From the NCBI GenBank assembly GCA_034669905.1, contig JAXMOL010000004.1, positions 96,001 through 160,000 on the forward strand: a stretch of DNA of 64,000 bases, given 5' to 3'. This document shows, piece by piece, positions 38,179-48,859 of this stretch (the first letter of the stretch is position 1; each line of letters opens with the position of its first letter). The notes below the pieces were generated by a model, which was not told the origin of the DNA, ran no database searches, and was given only the letters and a program-made list of their open reading frames with translations. This DNA is from Candidatus Hydrogenedentota bacterium (GTDB lineage: Bacteria > Hydrogenedentota > Hydrogenedentia > Hydrogenedentales > JAEUWI01). A program made the position numbers and the translations under genes.

Positions 38179-39021
38179 TCAGGCCAGGAAGCGGGCAAAT
38201 TCCTCCACCGATTCCCGTGCATCCTGGAGTAGTTTCTCGATTTCCTGGGGGGAGAGGTGCGCCTCCAGGCGGGTGCAGAGCCGTGCCAGACTTTCATCCG
38301 AATCGGACAGGTTGGCGACCAACGCCACCGGAAGAGGACAATCGTACAGGGGGTCCTCGGGCCGGTGGTGGCCGCCAATAGCCGAGGCCAGCCCCGGCGG
38401 AAGATCCCATTCCTGTGCGATCCACGTCGCCACTTCGGCGTGGTCCCAATTAAAACGTTCCCGCTCGGCCTCCTGAAATGCCGTCTCCCCCTGATGCCAG
38501 GCATCCAGGATAGGCCCATAATCGTTGGGACGATGGTTTACCAGGAACGGAACGGCGAGGTCCTGAAGAAAGCCGGCGGAGAAGCACTCTGGGGCCTGGG
38601 CCGGGCAAATTCGTTTTGCGAGATCCCGCGCAATCACCCCCCGTAAGGCAGCGGTACGCCAAAACGCGCCTGTTTCCAGGCGCGCGTCCTGGATGGCCGG
38701 GACTCCCTTCCGCAGTGTCGCTGACATGACCAGAGACTCCACCTGGGAAAGCCCCAACAGGGATACCGCCATGGTCACACTGCGAACCTCGTGCCGGGGA
38801 GTAAATGCTGCGGAGTTGGCCAAGGCCAGCAACTTGACCGACAGGGCGGGATCCAACTCCAGGAGCTCTGCGATCTCTCCGGACGAAATATCGGGTTGAC
38901 GGATTCGTCGCATCAACTCCAGGTCAACCTTCGAAAAAGAGGGAAGGGTATAGTCCCCTAAGGCGCCGCGGAGGGCTGTCTTGTGGTTCGTCTTTTTTCG
39001 CTTTAAGAACTCGAACATCAT
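38179..39021 (-). CDS. Stand-alone HDOD domain protein
   Basis: DPALSVKLLALANSA, AVSLLG, AGFLQDL, DHAEV, WDLP..L..AIGGHH. Confidence 0.88.
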   Translation of the reverse strand: MMFEFLKRKKTNHKTALRGALGDYTLPSFSKVDLELMRRIRQPDISSGEIAELLELDPALSVKLLALANSAAFTPRHEVRSVTMAVSLLGLSQVESLVMSATLRKGVPAIQDARLETGAFWRTAALRGVIARDLAKRICPAQAPECFSAGFLQDLAVPFLVNHRPNDYGPILDAWHQGETAFQEAERERFNWDHAEVATWIAQEWDLPPGLASAIGGHHRPEDPLYDCPLPVALVANLSDSDESLARLCTRLEAHLSPQEIEKLLQDARESVEEFARFLA

Positions 39022-40040
39022 TCCGCTCTACGCGCCATCTTTTGGGCAAAGATACTCAGCAATCCCCCCAGACCGATATAGCCCAGAATGGCTTCGGAAA
39101 CCGCCAGAACCTGCGCGGGCATGGAAGCGGGAACCGCATCGCCGTAACCCAACGTCGTGAGGGTTACAATGCTGTAATACAATGGGCTGAAGGGGGTTTC
39201 ATACGCGCCATAGTCGATGTCCACCAGCAGGTAGGCCAGCGCGAAGCCAACCATTAGCACGCCCACCCACACGGTCCAGCGTAGCAGACTCCGCCCGCAA
39301 TCCGAGGTCACCCACCAAATCCAGTAAACGACGGCGTGCAACCTACTCTGGCGCCGGAATTCATGCAGGTAGTTCTCATCCATCAGGTGACGTCGCACCA
39401 GGTAAGCTCCGTGAAAATCCACGTCCAGCACCTTCGTGCCAATCCAGTTCGCACTCTGATAGTCACGTGCTCCAGACATGGTGCAGCCCCGCAGATCCGC
39501 CCGATTGAGATTGGTCCCGGCCAAACGGACCCGGGTCAGGTCACATCCACGAAGGTCTGTATGAACAAATTCCACCCACGACAGATCGGCATCCCGAAAG
39601 CGACCATTCTGAAGCTTCGCACCCCCGAATATCCCTCTCTCCATGCGGGCTTCACTCCACGAGCTGTCCGTCAACTGCGCACCGACGGCACTCACTTCAC
39701 GCAAATCCGCTCGGGCAAACCCGACATGCTTTCCGGTCGCCTCCGTCAAATCCGCCCGGTGAAGACAGGCGTCCAAGAACTCTGCACCGTCCAGGCGAGC
39801 CCGACACAATTTCGACCCGGTGAGGTTTGCCCCCACCAGGCACGCGTCTGAGAGATTGCAGCCCGAAAGGTCCGCGCCGCTGAGGTCCATTCCCGAAAGG
39901 TCCAGACCGGAAAGATCATGATTTGCAACCACTTGCCCTTGTAAGACAGGGGTACCATCGGCATCCTGAGCGATATCCAGCCCTTCCAGCCGACGTCGTA
40001 GCGCGCCAGGATCATCCTTATCACTCGTTGAATACGTCAT
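39018..40040 (-). CDS. Pentapeptide-repeat protein fused to a two-TM potassium channel domain
   Basis: Long A(D/N)Lxx repeat run, then TM, YYSIVTLTTLGYGD selectivity filter, TM. Confidence 0.88.
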   Translation of the reverse strand: MTYSTSDKDDPGALRRRLEGLDIAQDADGTPVLQGQVVANHDLSGLDLSGMDLSGADLSGCNLSDACLVGANLTGSKLCRARLDGAEFLDACLHRADLTEATGKHVGFARADLREVSAVGAQLTDSSWSEARMERGIFGGAKLQNGRFRDADLSWVEFVHTDLRGCDLTRVRLAGTNLNRADLRGCTMSGARDYQSANWIGTKVLDVDFHGAYLVRRHLMDENYLHEFRRQSRLHAVVYWIWWVTSDCGRSLLRWTVWVGVLMVGFALAYLLVDIDYGAYETPFSPLYYSIVTLTTLGYGDAVPASMPAQVLAVSEAILGYIGLGGLLSIFAQKMARRAE

Positions 40041-40448
40041 GACACTACCTATGGTACTCCGGGGCAACCTGTGCTTGCCATACCGTTCCCTCTACCTCAT
40101 AAACCTATCGACAGAGCAGACAGGTTGGTCCCAATCCACACCGCACCATGCCACCCCAGCGTAACACCGTGCACAATTTGGACCTATGCCCTATCTTACA
40201 GGAGAACGCGCTGCTTGTGCATTTTCCCACGTCATCAAGACCCGCTTTGCGAACATGCGCCGCCGTTTCGATCCCAACTGTGCTGCGCGGGCTGATGCGT
40301 ATCTCGCTGGAAACAGTCACTGATTTCCTATCCACCCTTTTGAGGCGTGATAACGTATACTATAGGCGACCACGGTGCATCGTTGGATGGCTGGCGTGTT
40401 CATGGAGAGCCACGCAGAGCCAGCGGGTATTCCGGGGAGGAGTTTCAC

Positions 40449-42731
40449 GTGCGCGCGCTGATCTACTGCCAACGGTATTCCATCACCATTGCCCTGATTC
40501 TGAGCTCCGGTTTGGTATTTGCCCAGAATCCCCCGCCCGATAGCGACACGGAGTCGGGAAAGAAAGAGGATGTCACCACCCCCGAAACGCCTCCGGTAGC
40601 CTCCCTGGAAAGCGAGCGGGCCGCCCTCAAAGAAGAACTCGAGTCGGCCCAACGGTCCGTGCGAGAAGAGACGGCGCAACAACTCGGTATCCCATTGGAA
40701 GCCCTCCAGGGCCGGGTCGATCGCATGCGTGCCTTGGACGGTTTGCTTCAGCAGCAAATCGGCACCTTGCAACGTAGTGCCGAGTTAGGCGCGAGCCAGC
40801 AGGATCTGGAGCGGGAAATCGCCACCTTTGAGGAACGCGGTCTCAGTGAGCCGCCCCCCTATAGCCTGGGCTTTGCAGAGGGACTTCAGAATGACGTTAC
40901 CGCAGCAGAGCGCCACCTGGAAAGTCTCGAAACAGAACGGGCCTCCATTGAGCGGGAACGGGAAAGCGCGAAAGAACGGCTGCTGGAGGCCCAACGTGCC
41001 CGACGTGCCGCCAATGAGGCTGCCACGCAAGAGAACGGGCCTGCGAATGCACTGCGACTTACCTGGACACTGAACCGGGCCAAACTCGAGGAACGCTACC
41101 ATCAGGCGGCGGCAGACGGGCGAAAATTCCGGCTGGAAATGGTCAACAAAGAGTTGGAGCTCGCCCGAAAACGTCTTGCCCACCTGCAGAACAAAGCCGA
41201 ATCGGTGCGGATTCATACCAAGTTTCGGCTGGAAGAGCTGGAAGCCCGTCTGGCGGAAGTGTCGGCCAAGCGGGACGCCCTGGAGGCGGCATTGCCGGGA
41301 CTTCGTGCGGCCCATGAGGCCCGAGACAACGAGCGCAGTCTTGCCCGGGCGGCACTGCAGGAGGGCGTCGTCAACGACAGCTTGGAGAGCGAACTGGCCA
41401 TGCGGGGGACCCGGGTAGACACGGCCGCCCGTGCCCTGGAACTGGCCGAGAAGCAACTGCTGCTGCACGATATGGAAAAGCTCTTATGGGAGCGGCGCTA
41501 TGCCGTGTGGCAAGGGGCCAACGATGAGGAATTGAGTCTCTGGAAAGACGAGACGGGGCGCTTTGTAGAAGAAACCCAGCGGGACAGAGAGGTACAGGAG
41601 GGCCGGTTACTCGATCTGCGGGCCAGCATTGGCGAACAGGAAAAAGTGCGTTCTGAATGGGGTGGCGAGCCCGCTGGCCTCACCGCGATTGAACAGCAAA
41701 TCAACAGCCTCCGTGAGCGCGAAGCTATCTTGAACGCCTACCTGGGCGTCTTGTTGCCGCTGGAACGTTTTGCGGAACGCCTCCAGGCTGAGATTGAGCG
41801 GGAGCGCAATCAGGTTTCGTGGGGGGAGCGCTGGGAACGTTTCCAACGGGTCGCCGGGGTGGTCTGGAACTATGAAGTCTTTGCCTACGAGGACGGTGCG
41901 GTCACCGTGCGAAAGCTTATCATCGCTATCCTGGTGCTCACCATCGGCTTCCTCTTCACCGGCCGAATTTGTCGGGCCTTACGTGACCTGCTCATTGCCC
42001 GCACCCGTATCAATGAGAATGCCGCCGCGGCCGTGGAAAAGCTCTTCTACTACCTGGCCATTATCCTGATCCTGCTCTACACGTTGAATCTCGTCAATAT
42101 ACCGCTCACTCTCTTCGCCTTTTTTGGTGGTGCCATCGCCATTGCCGTGGGTTTTGGCGCACAGCACCTCATCAATAATTTTATCAGTGGCTTTATTCTC
42201 ATGCTCGAGCGGCCCATCCGTATTGGCGATCTGGTGGAGGTCGATAGCGTCCATGGCATTATCCAGCACGTGGGCGCACGAAGCACCCGGGTTCTCACGT
42301 CCCAGAATATTCACCTCCTCATCCCCAACAGCAGCCTCTTGGAAAACACGCTGATCAACTGGACCTTGTCGGGTGAAAAGTACTGCACCCGAGTGAACGT
42401 GGGGGTGGCCTATGGCTCGCCCACGGAGAAAGTGGCGGCACTGATACTGGAGGCTTCGGCCAACACCAAAGCCATTCTCGATTCCCCTAAACCCCAGGTC
42501 TTTTTCACAGACTTTGGTGACAATGCCCTGGGCTTTGAAGTCCATGCGTGGATCAAGATGCGCCGTATCATGGACAAGCGCCGCGCCGAAAGCGATTTGC
42601 GGTTTGAAATTGACCGCCTCTTTCGCGAGCACGATATCTGTATTGCCTTCCCCCAACGCGATCTGCATCTGGACACGTCGCGCCCCTTGGAAATCCGAAT
42701 GGTAAGGGACGACGACGAACAGGAGGGCTAG
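40449..42731 (+). CDS. MscS-family mechanosensitive channel with a long periplasmic coiled-coil
   Basis: Signal-like segment, ~450 aa E/R/A/L-rich helical region, then AVGFGAQHLINNFISG, ERPIRIGD, IPNS, VGVAYGS, IAFPQRDLH; GTG 40449 after GGAGGAG. Confidence 0.9.
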   Translation: MRALIYCQRYSITIALILSSGLVFAQNPPPDSDTESGKKEDVTTPETPPVASLESERAALKEELESAQRSVREETAQQLGIPLEALQGRVDRMRALDGLLQQQIGTLQRSAELGASQQDLEREIATFEERGLSEPPPYSLGFAEGLQNDVTAAERHLESLETERASIERERESAKERLLEAQRARRAANEAATQENGPANALRLTWTLNRAKLEERYHQAAADGRKFRLEMVNKELELARKRLAHLQNKAESVRIHTKFRLEELEARLAEVSAKRDALEAALPGLRAAHEARDNERSLARAALQEGVVNDSLESELAMRGTRVDTAARALELAEKQLLLHDMEKLLWERRYAVWQGANDEELSLWKDETGRFVEETQRDREVQEGRLLDLRASIGEQEKVRSEWGGEPAGLTAIEQQINSLREREAILNAYLGVLLPLERFAERLQAEIERERNQVSWGERWERFQRVAGVVWNYEVFAYEDGAVTVRKLIIAILVLTIGFLFTGRICRALRDLLIARTRINENAAAAVEKLFYYLAIILILLYTLNLVNIPLTLFAFFGGAIAIAVGFGAQHLINNFISGFILMLERPIRIGDLVEVDSVHGIIQHVGARSTRVLTSQNIHLLIPNSSLLENTLINWTLSGEKYCTRVNVGVAYGSPTEKVAALILEASANTKAILDSPKPQVFFTDFGDNALGFEVHAWIKMRRIMDKRRAESDLRFEIDRLFREHDICIAFPQRDLHLDTSRPLEIRMVRDDDEQEG

Positions 42732-42845
42732 GCACCGCCGTGGTGGATACATGTCCAACGTGAGGGGAGACGGGCTCCGCCCTACGACGAGTCAGATTCA
42801 GCATTCCGGGCGCTCCACATGGAGCGCCCGAACACCCGGCTCTGC

Positions 42846-45209
42846 TTAGCTTTCGACGCCCAGCGCAATGGCCAGCACTTCGTGCATTTCTGAGACAAAA
42901 TGAATCTTCAGCTTCTTCTGAATATTCTCGGGCACGTCGTCCTCCACCATGGAGCGGCACAACTCCGGCAGGATAACTTCCTTTACCTTGGCACGGGATG
43001 CGGCCAGCACTTTCTCTTTGATGCCGCCCACGGGCAGGACCATACCGCGTAGGGTAATTTCGCCGGTCATGGCCAGGGCACGCTTGACGGGCTTACCGAG
43101 CAAGAGCGAGGTGATGGCCGTCATCATGGCAATACCTGCGCTGGGTCCGTCTTTCGGGGTGGCACCCGCCGGCACGTGGATGTGGAGCTTGTAGTCCGTA
43201 AACGCGTTGGGCTCAATACCGAAGCGCACCGCGTTGCCGTGGAGATAGCTCAATGCGGTCTGGGCCGATTCTTTCATGACATCGCCCAACTGACCGGTAA
43301 GGATGAGTTCCCCCTTGCCCGGCATACGGGTGGCTTCGATGAACAGGATGTCACCGCCTACCGCTGTCCAGGCGAGTCCAACGACCACGCCGGGCATGCG
43401 GGTGCGCTCCACCATGTCATAGTGCACCTTGGGGGCCCCCAGATGCTCGCGAAGGTCATCGATGTTTATCCGGATGGGCTTCTTCCGACGGCTGGCGAAT
43501 TTCCGTGCACAGCCCCGGCAAACATGACCGATCTCCCGCTCCAGGTTTCGTACCCCGGCCTCGCGGGTGTAGTTGGCGATAATGTGGCGTAAGGCGGCGG
43601 GGGATATCTTCAACTGACTCGACTTTATCCCGTGGGCCTCCAACTGGCGGGGCACCAGATAGCGCTTGGCGATCTCGAATTTTTCTTCCTGGGTGTAACC
43701 GGGAATCTCGATGATCTCCATCCGGTCTCGCAGTGCCCAGGGGATGGTGTCGCCCACATTGGCCGTGGCAATAAACATGAACTTGGAAAGGTCAAACGGC
43801 AGGTTGAGATAGTGGTCCGTGAAGGTGCTGTTCTGGGCCGGGTCCAACACCTCCAACAGGGCCGAAGAAGGATCGCCCCGGAAATCGTTGCCGAGCTTAT
43901 CCAGCTCGTCCAGAATGACGACCGGATTCCGGGTTTGCACTTTGCGGGCCATCTCGATAATTCGCCCCGGCATGGCGCCCACATAGGTGCGTCGGTGACC
44001 GCGAATTTCGGCCTCATCCCGAACGCCCCCCAGGGCCATGCGGCCAAACTCCCGTCCGAGGGCCCGGGCTATAGATTTTCCGAGGGACGTCTTGCCGACA
44101 CCCGGAGGCCCAATAAAGCACAGGATGGGACCTTGCGCGTCGGGCTTCAACTTGCGCACCGCCAGATACTCCAGGATGCGCTTTTTTACTTTTTCCAGAC
44201 CGAAGTGATCCTCATCAAGGATGGCCTCCGCCCGCTTGATATCAAGCCGGTCACGGGTGGTCTTATTCCACGGTAGCTCTAAGACCGTATCGAGGTAGGT
44301 GAGGATGACATGATAGTCCGAACTCGATTCATGGAGCCGAGCGAGCCGGTCTACTTCGCGCATCAGTTCTTTTCGGACATCTTCGCTCACGTCCAGGGCT
44401 TCCACCCGCGTGCGATAGCTCTCTGCTTCGCCACCTTCCCCCTCGCCTTCACCCAGTTCCTCCTGAATCGCTTTTAGTTGCTGGCGCAGGAAGAACTCCC
44501 GTTGCCCTTTATCAAAGGCACTCTTGACGTTTTCATGGAGTTTACTGGAGAGCTCCATAATCTCCACTTCCCGCTGCAGCACATACATGAGGCGCGTAAT
44601 GCGTTCCTGCGGTTCGGGCTGGGCGAGGATTTTCTGTTTCTCTTCATTCGAAATAGAGAGATTCCCGGCGACCATATCGGCCAGGTAACTGGGATTCTCC
44701 ACCGATTCGATAATGATCTGGACCCCATCGGGGATATTGGGCGATAGGGCGATCAGCTGGGCCATCTGATTCTTTACCGCAGCGGCCAGCGCCTCGAGCT
44801 TGTCCTTGTTTTTTATGATGTCTTCGATGGGCATGATACGGACGACGGGATAGGGGTCTCTCCGGATGAAGCCATTGATGCGGCAACGTTTCAGCGTCTG
44901 AAGCATGACGTTGATGCCGCCATCGGGACGCTGCTGAACCTGCACCACCCGCGCAATGCAGCCCACGTCATAGATATCCCCCAGGTTGTGATTTTCCACC
45001 TTGGGATCCCGTGCCGCACTCAATACCAACAGCCGTTCGCCATTGTGCACATCGTTGACGAGCCTGAACTCGCTTTCGGTCTCGACAGTAATGGGGATGA
45101 GGGCCAGTGGAAATACCACCTGATCACGAAGCACAATCAGGGGCAGCGCATCGGGAAAATCAACCGGAATCGGTACAGGAAGTCCACTTTGGGCATCAAT
45201 ATCAGCCAC
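42846..45209 (-). CDS. lon: ATP-dependent Lon protease
   Basis: Lon N-domain, [28 protein letters not shown] (Ser), GGIKEK (Lys). Confidence 0.97.
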   Translation of the reverse strand: MADIDAQSGLPVPIPVDFPDALPLIVLRDQVVFPLALIPITVETESEFRLVNDVHNGERLLVLSAARDPKVENHNLGDIYDVGCIARVVQVQQRPDGGINVMLQTLKRCRINGFIRRDPYPVVRIMPIEDIIKNKDKLEALAAAVKNQMAQLIALSPNIPDGVQIIIESVENPSYLADMVAGNLSISNEEKQKILAQPEPQERITRLMYVLQREVEIMELSSKLHENVKSAFDKGQREFFLRQQLKAIQEELGEGEGEGGEAESYRTRVEALDVSEDVRKELMREVDRLARLHESSSDYHVILTYLDTVLELPWNKTTRDRLDIKRAEAILDEDHFGLEKVKKRILEYLAVRKLKPDAQGPILCFIGPPGVGKTSLGKSIARALGREFGRMALGGVRDEAEIRGHRRTYVGAMPGRIIEMARKVQTRNPVVILDELDKLGNDFRGDPSSALLEVLDPAQNSTFTDHYLNLPFDLSKFMFIATANVGDTIPWALRDRMEIIEIPGYTQEEKFEIAKRYLVPRQLEAHGIKSSQLKISPAALRHIIANYTREAGVRNLEREIGHVCRGCARKFASRRKKPIRINIDDLREHLGAPKVHYDMVERTRMPGVVVGLAWTAVGGDILFIEATRMPGKGELILTGQLGDVMKESAQTALSYLHGNAVRFGIEPNAFTDYKLHIHVPAGATPKDGPSAGIAMMTAITSLLLGKPVKRALAMTGEITLRGMVLPVGGIKEKVLAASRAKVKEVILPELCRSMVEDDVPENIQKKLKIHFVSEMHEVLAIALGVES

Positions 45210-45633
45210 GTCTTGTCAAACCCTTTTGGTTGTTCACCGGGAAAACGAGGGCGGGAGTACGCAACGTCACAGCCCCCGCGCCGTCGTCCTGTCCAATGGT
45301 GTATCCTAGTCACCTACAGTATACCCACCTGAAGGCACTGCATTAAATGGGGGCGGGTTTTCGGTAAAGAACAACACCGTTTATCCAGGGAACAAATCCC
45401 CATTGGACGGAAACACACGGTCACCCCAGTGGGGCGGTGCACCATTTCTTGCAGCGGAATCGTCTTCGAGGTGGCAGTGGCGTTCGAATATGGGTTAGGA
45501 TCAGGCCCGTGAGCCGAATCGCGTAGTACTTGGGAAGACCACATGGGGTCGGACTACCACGCTCACATGCCGTGACAGACCACTGGTGTAGTCTTCCGTT
45601 CGGCTCAAATGCGAATTAATCTCGGAGTATGAC

Positions 45634-48066
45634 ATGATAGAAGACCGGTTTGTAGACCTTATCAGCGAAGCGGCAAGCGCAAAGCCTGCCCAAGTGAAGG
45701 TCGCCATTGAATTGTTCGATAAAGGTGCCACCATCCCCTTTGTGGCGCGCTACCGGAAAGATGCGACCGGTAACCTGGATGAGGTCGCCCTCGAAACCAT
45801 CGAGAACCTCAACACCCAATACATCGCCTTTACGAACCGCCGGGACGCTATCCTGGAAAACGTCGAGAAGCAGGGCAAACTCACGCCTGAACTCAAGGCC
45901 CAGATCCAAGGCTGTAGTGATGCGGTGGTCTTGGAGGACCTTTACCTTCCCTTCAAGAAATCGCGCAAGACCAAGGCCACCATCGCCCGCGAACAGGGAC
46001 TCGAACCCCTCGCGGACCTTATCTGGGCCCAGGAACCAGGTGAGCAGTCCATTGAGGCCATCGCCGCCACGTATGTCAGCGACGAAAAAGGAGTCGCCGA
46101 TCCGGATGCGGCCCTCCAGGGTGCGCGAAACATTTTGGCAGAGCGTATCTCTCAGGATGCCGATTTGCGCCAGAAAGCCCGTGATGTGTTCCACGACGAA
46201 GGCGTGTTGACCACGGCGGCGACAAAGAATACGGAAGAGCAGAAAACGAAGTTCGAAGCCTACTACGATTTCAAAGAACCCATTAAGTCGATGCCGTCCC
46301 ACCGGCTGCTCGCCGTGCTGCGGGGCGTTCGCAAGGGCTTCCTTCGCATGGACCTGGCTGTGGACGACGACGCCTTCCGTAGTGAGATGGCCAGTCGCTA
46401 CTGTAAAGCCGATGGCGGGCCCCTTGCCACACAGATGACACTCGCCATTGAAGACAGCTACAAGCGCCTGATCCAACCGACCATCGAAAACGAAGTCATC
46501 CAGGCCGCCCGCAAGGTGGCCGACGATGCAGCCACCCAGGTCTTTCGCGAGAATGCGGAAAATCTGCTCCTGGCATCCCCGGCAGGCCATAAACCCGTAC
46601 TCGGGGTGGATCCGGGACTCCGGACGGGTTCCAAGCTGGCGGTGATCGATCAGCAGGGCACCTACCAGGAAAGCGCTACCATCTATACGACGGAGCCCAA
46701 GAAGAACGAAGCGGCGGCGGCGGCGACCCTCCTGGACCTTATCAACCGTCACAACGTCGAATTGATTGCTATTGGCAATGGCACGGGCTCCCGGGAAATC
46801 AATCAGTTTATCCGGAATGTACTCAAAGAAAACGACAAGACCGCTATCACCACGGTCTTCGTGAACGAAGCCGGTGCCTCGATCTACTCGGCCTCCGAAG
46901 TGGCCCGCAACGAGTTCCCCGATTTGGATCTCACCATTCGTGGGGCCATCTCCATTGCCCGGCGTTTGCAGGATCCCCTGGCAGAATTGGTCAAGCTCGA
47001 ACCCCGGCACGTTGGCGTGGGCCAGTATCAGCATGATGTCAATCAAAAGCAGCTGCGCGAAGGCCTCAGCAAGACGATCGAATCCTGTGTGAACCGGGTC
47101 GGCGTGGACCTTAACACCGCCTCCGTGGAGTTGTTGCGTTATGTCAGCGGCATTCAGCAGAACACCGCCCAGAACATTGTGAAATTCCGTACGGAGAACG
47201 GACCGTTCCAGAAGCGGACCCAACTGACCGAAGTGTCTGGCGTGGGGGAGAAGACCTTTGAGCAATGCGCCGGGTTCCTTCGCGTACAAAACGGCGTAGA
47301 GCCCCTGGATCAAACAGCCATCCACCCCGAAGCCTATGAAATTGTATCTTCCATGGCCGGGAACCTCGCGGTGGACACCAAGGATTTAATCCGCAATCAG
47401 GAACTTGTCAACAAATTGAAGCTGGAAGAGTTTGCCAACGAAAAGGTCGGCACCCTGGCACTCTCCGATATCAAGCTCGAATTGCTCCGCCCCGGACGGG
47501 ATCCACGGCAGGAGTTTAAGGCGCCCCAGTTTCTCGACGGCATTGACGATGTCAACGACCTGGAAATCGACATGGTTACCGAGGGGGTCGTGACGAATGT
47601 GACCGACTTCGGCGCTTTCGTAGACATCGGGGTTCATCAGGATGGTCTCGTACACCTCTCCGAATTGGCCAACCGCTTTATTAAGGACCCCCACGACGTG
47701 GTGAAGGTCGGCCAGATTGTCCGGGTAAAGGTCATCAAAATCGATGCCGAACTCCGCCGGGTCTCCCTCTCCATGAAGGCCCTTCAATCGCCCCCGAAAG
47801 CCCGAGAGCGCAGCGCCGAAGAAGGGACCAGCAAGGCTCCCGAAAAAGGCAGCGCCCGCCGCAGTCCCGACGCCCAGAAGCCGGAAACCCGTCGCCGGGC
47901 CAAGCCCACCCGCCATGAGGGGGGAAAAGGCCATGCGAAAAAGGGGGGACGTCCCAAGGGCGGCAGCACGGGCGGCGCACGCAAGCCCGCGGCCCCGAAA
48001 GAGAATATGAACACCCTTCTGGCCGATCAACTTGCCGCCCTGAAAGACAAGTTTAACAACAACTAG
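45634..48066 (+). CDS. tex: Tex family transcription accessory protein (YqgF, HhH, S1)
   Basis: GATIPFVARYRKD, GVDPGLRTG, IGNGTGSRE, GVGQYQHD, S1 motif FGAFVDIGVHQDGLVH. Confidence 0.95.
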   Translation: MIEDRFVDLISEAASAKPAQVKVAIELFDKGATIPFVARYRKDATGNLDEVALETIENLNTQYIAFTNRRDAILENVEKQGKLTPELKAQIQGCSDAVVLEDLYLPFKKSRKTKATIAREQGLEPLADLIWAQEPGEQSIEAIAATYVSDEKGVADPDAALQGARNILAERISQDADLRQKARDVFHDEGVLTTAATKNTEEQKTKFEAYYDFKEPIKSMPSHRLLAVLRGVRKGFLRMDLAVDDDAFRSEMASRYCKADGGPLATQMTLAIEDSYKRLIQPTIENEVIQAARKVADDAATQVFRENAENLLLASPAGHKPVLGVDPGLRTGSKLAVIDQQGTYQESATIYTTEPKKNEAAAAATLLDLINRHNVELIAIGNGTGSREINQFIRNVLKENDKTAITTVFVNEAGASIYSASEVARNEFPDLDLTIRGAISIARRLQDPLAELVKLEPRHVGVGQYQHDVNQKQLREGLSKTIESCVNRVGVDLNTASVELLRYVSGIQQNTAQNIVKFRTENGPFQKRTQLTEVSGVGEKTFEQCAGFLRVQNGVEPLDQTAIHPEAYEIVSSMAGNLAVDTKDLIRNQELVNKLKLEEFANEKVGTLALSDIKLELLRPGRDPRQEFKAPQFLDGIDDVNDLEIDMVTEGVVTNVTDFGAFVDIGVHQDGLVHLSELANRFIKDPHDVVKVGQIVRVKVIKIDAELRRVSLSMKALQSPPKARERSAEEGTSKAPEKGSARRSPDAQKPETRRRAKPTRHEGGKGHAKKGGRPKGGSTGGARKPAAPKENMNTLLADQLAALKDKFNNN

Positions 48067-48109
48067 GCAGGTGGCTCTGGGCGAAACTGCGAATTCTAAG
48101 CCCCAACTC

Positions 48110-48138
48110 TTGACATTCTGAAGCCGGTGTGGTACCTT
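48110..48138 (+). promoter_or_regulatory. Sigma70-type promoter upstream of the dksA-like gene
   Basis: TTGACA-N17-TACCTT with an extended TG; a second extended -10, TGGTATAAT, lies at 48270-48278. Confidence 0.55.
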
Positions 48139-48339
48139 TCCACAACTTTGTGGATTATTTGCCAGGTTTCCGGACGTTTACGCGCGCACTTCGAATCTCT
48201 GAAGTGCCCATCACGTAAGCACTTACGGTGCCACACCAAGGACACCATTCAGCATGATTCTCACGTTGCTGGTATAATGTGGGCGCGTGAGGCAGGGGGC
48301 TGACCGGCCTCGACCGGATATGCAGGAGATTGACGCAGA

Positions 48340-48708
48340 ATGAATCAACGAGATGTTAAGAAGTTTGAGAAACTACTGCTTGCCGAACGCGATCGGCTGA
48401 CCGGCAGCATCAAGAACATCGAAGATGCCTCTCGGTATGAATCGGGTCGGGACAACAGTGGCGATCTGTCCAGTTACGCCGAGTCAGGTACCGACAATTT
48501 TGAATTGGAAACGGCGCTCAACATTGCCAGCGGCGAGTCCAACTGGCTCAGCGAAGTAACGGAGGCCTTGGGCCGTCTTCATGATGGTACCTACGGCAAG
48601 TGCGAGGGATGTGAAAAAGACATTCCGAAAAAACGTCTCGAAGTTTTTCCTTCGGCGAAATACTGCATCGCGTGCCAGGAAGAGGTAGAAAAACAGAACG
48701 CCTACTAG
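48340..48708 (+). CDS. TraR/DksA C4-type zinc finger protein
   Basis: Coiled-coil followed by GTYGKCEGC..IPKKRLEVFP.AKYCIACQ; AGGAG RBS. Confidence 0.92.
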   Translation: MNQRDVKKFEKLLLAERDRLTGSIKNIEDASRYESGRDNSGDLSSYAESGTDNFELETALNIASGESNWLSEVTEALGRLHDGTYGKCEGCEKDIPKKRLEVFPSAKYCIACQEEVEKQNAY

Positions 48709-48736
48709 TGCGACGAAACAGTCTCAGCATTTAACC

Positions 48737-48776
48737 GCGCTTTCCATACACAACAACGGATGGAAAGCGCTTTTTT
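48737..48776 (+). terminator. Rho-independent terminator
   Basis: GCGCTTTCCAT/ATGGAAAGCGC 11-bp stem followed by T6. Confidence 0.75.
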
Positions 48777-48859
48777 CACCATTACTCGTTTCCACGTGGC
48801 GTGGTCCTGTACCCCTTATGCAGGGGACATACCCCGCGAATGCAAGGCAGGTTCTTTTC

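Noticed and set aside
40041..40448. c-di-GMP or c-di-AMP riboswitch before the K+ channel or MscS
   Set aside because: Only an isolated CGCAAAGC on the minus strand; the flanking stems do not fit either family.
45616..47325. 569-aa minus-strand ORF
   Set aside because: Antisense shadow of tex, expected from high-GC codon bias; no motifs.
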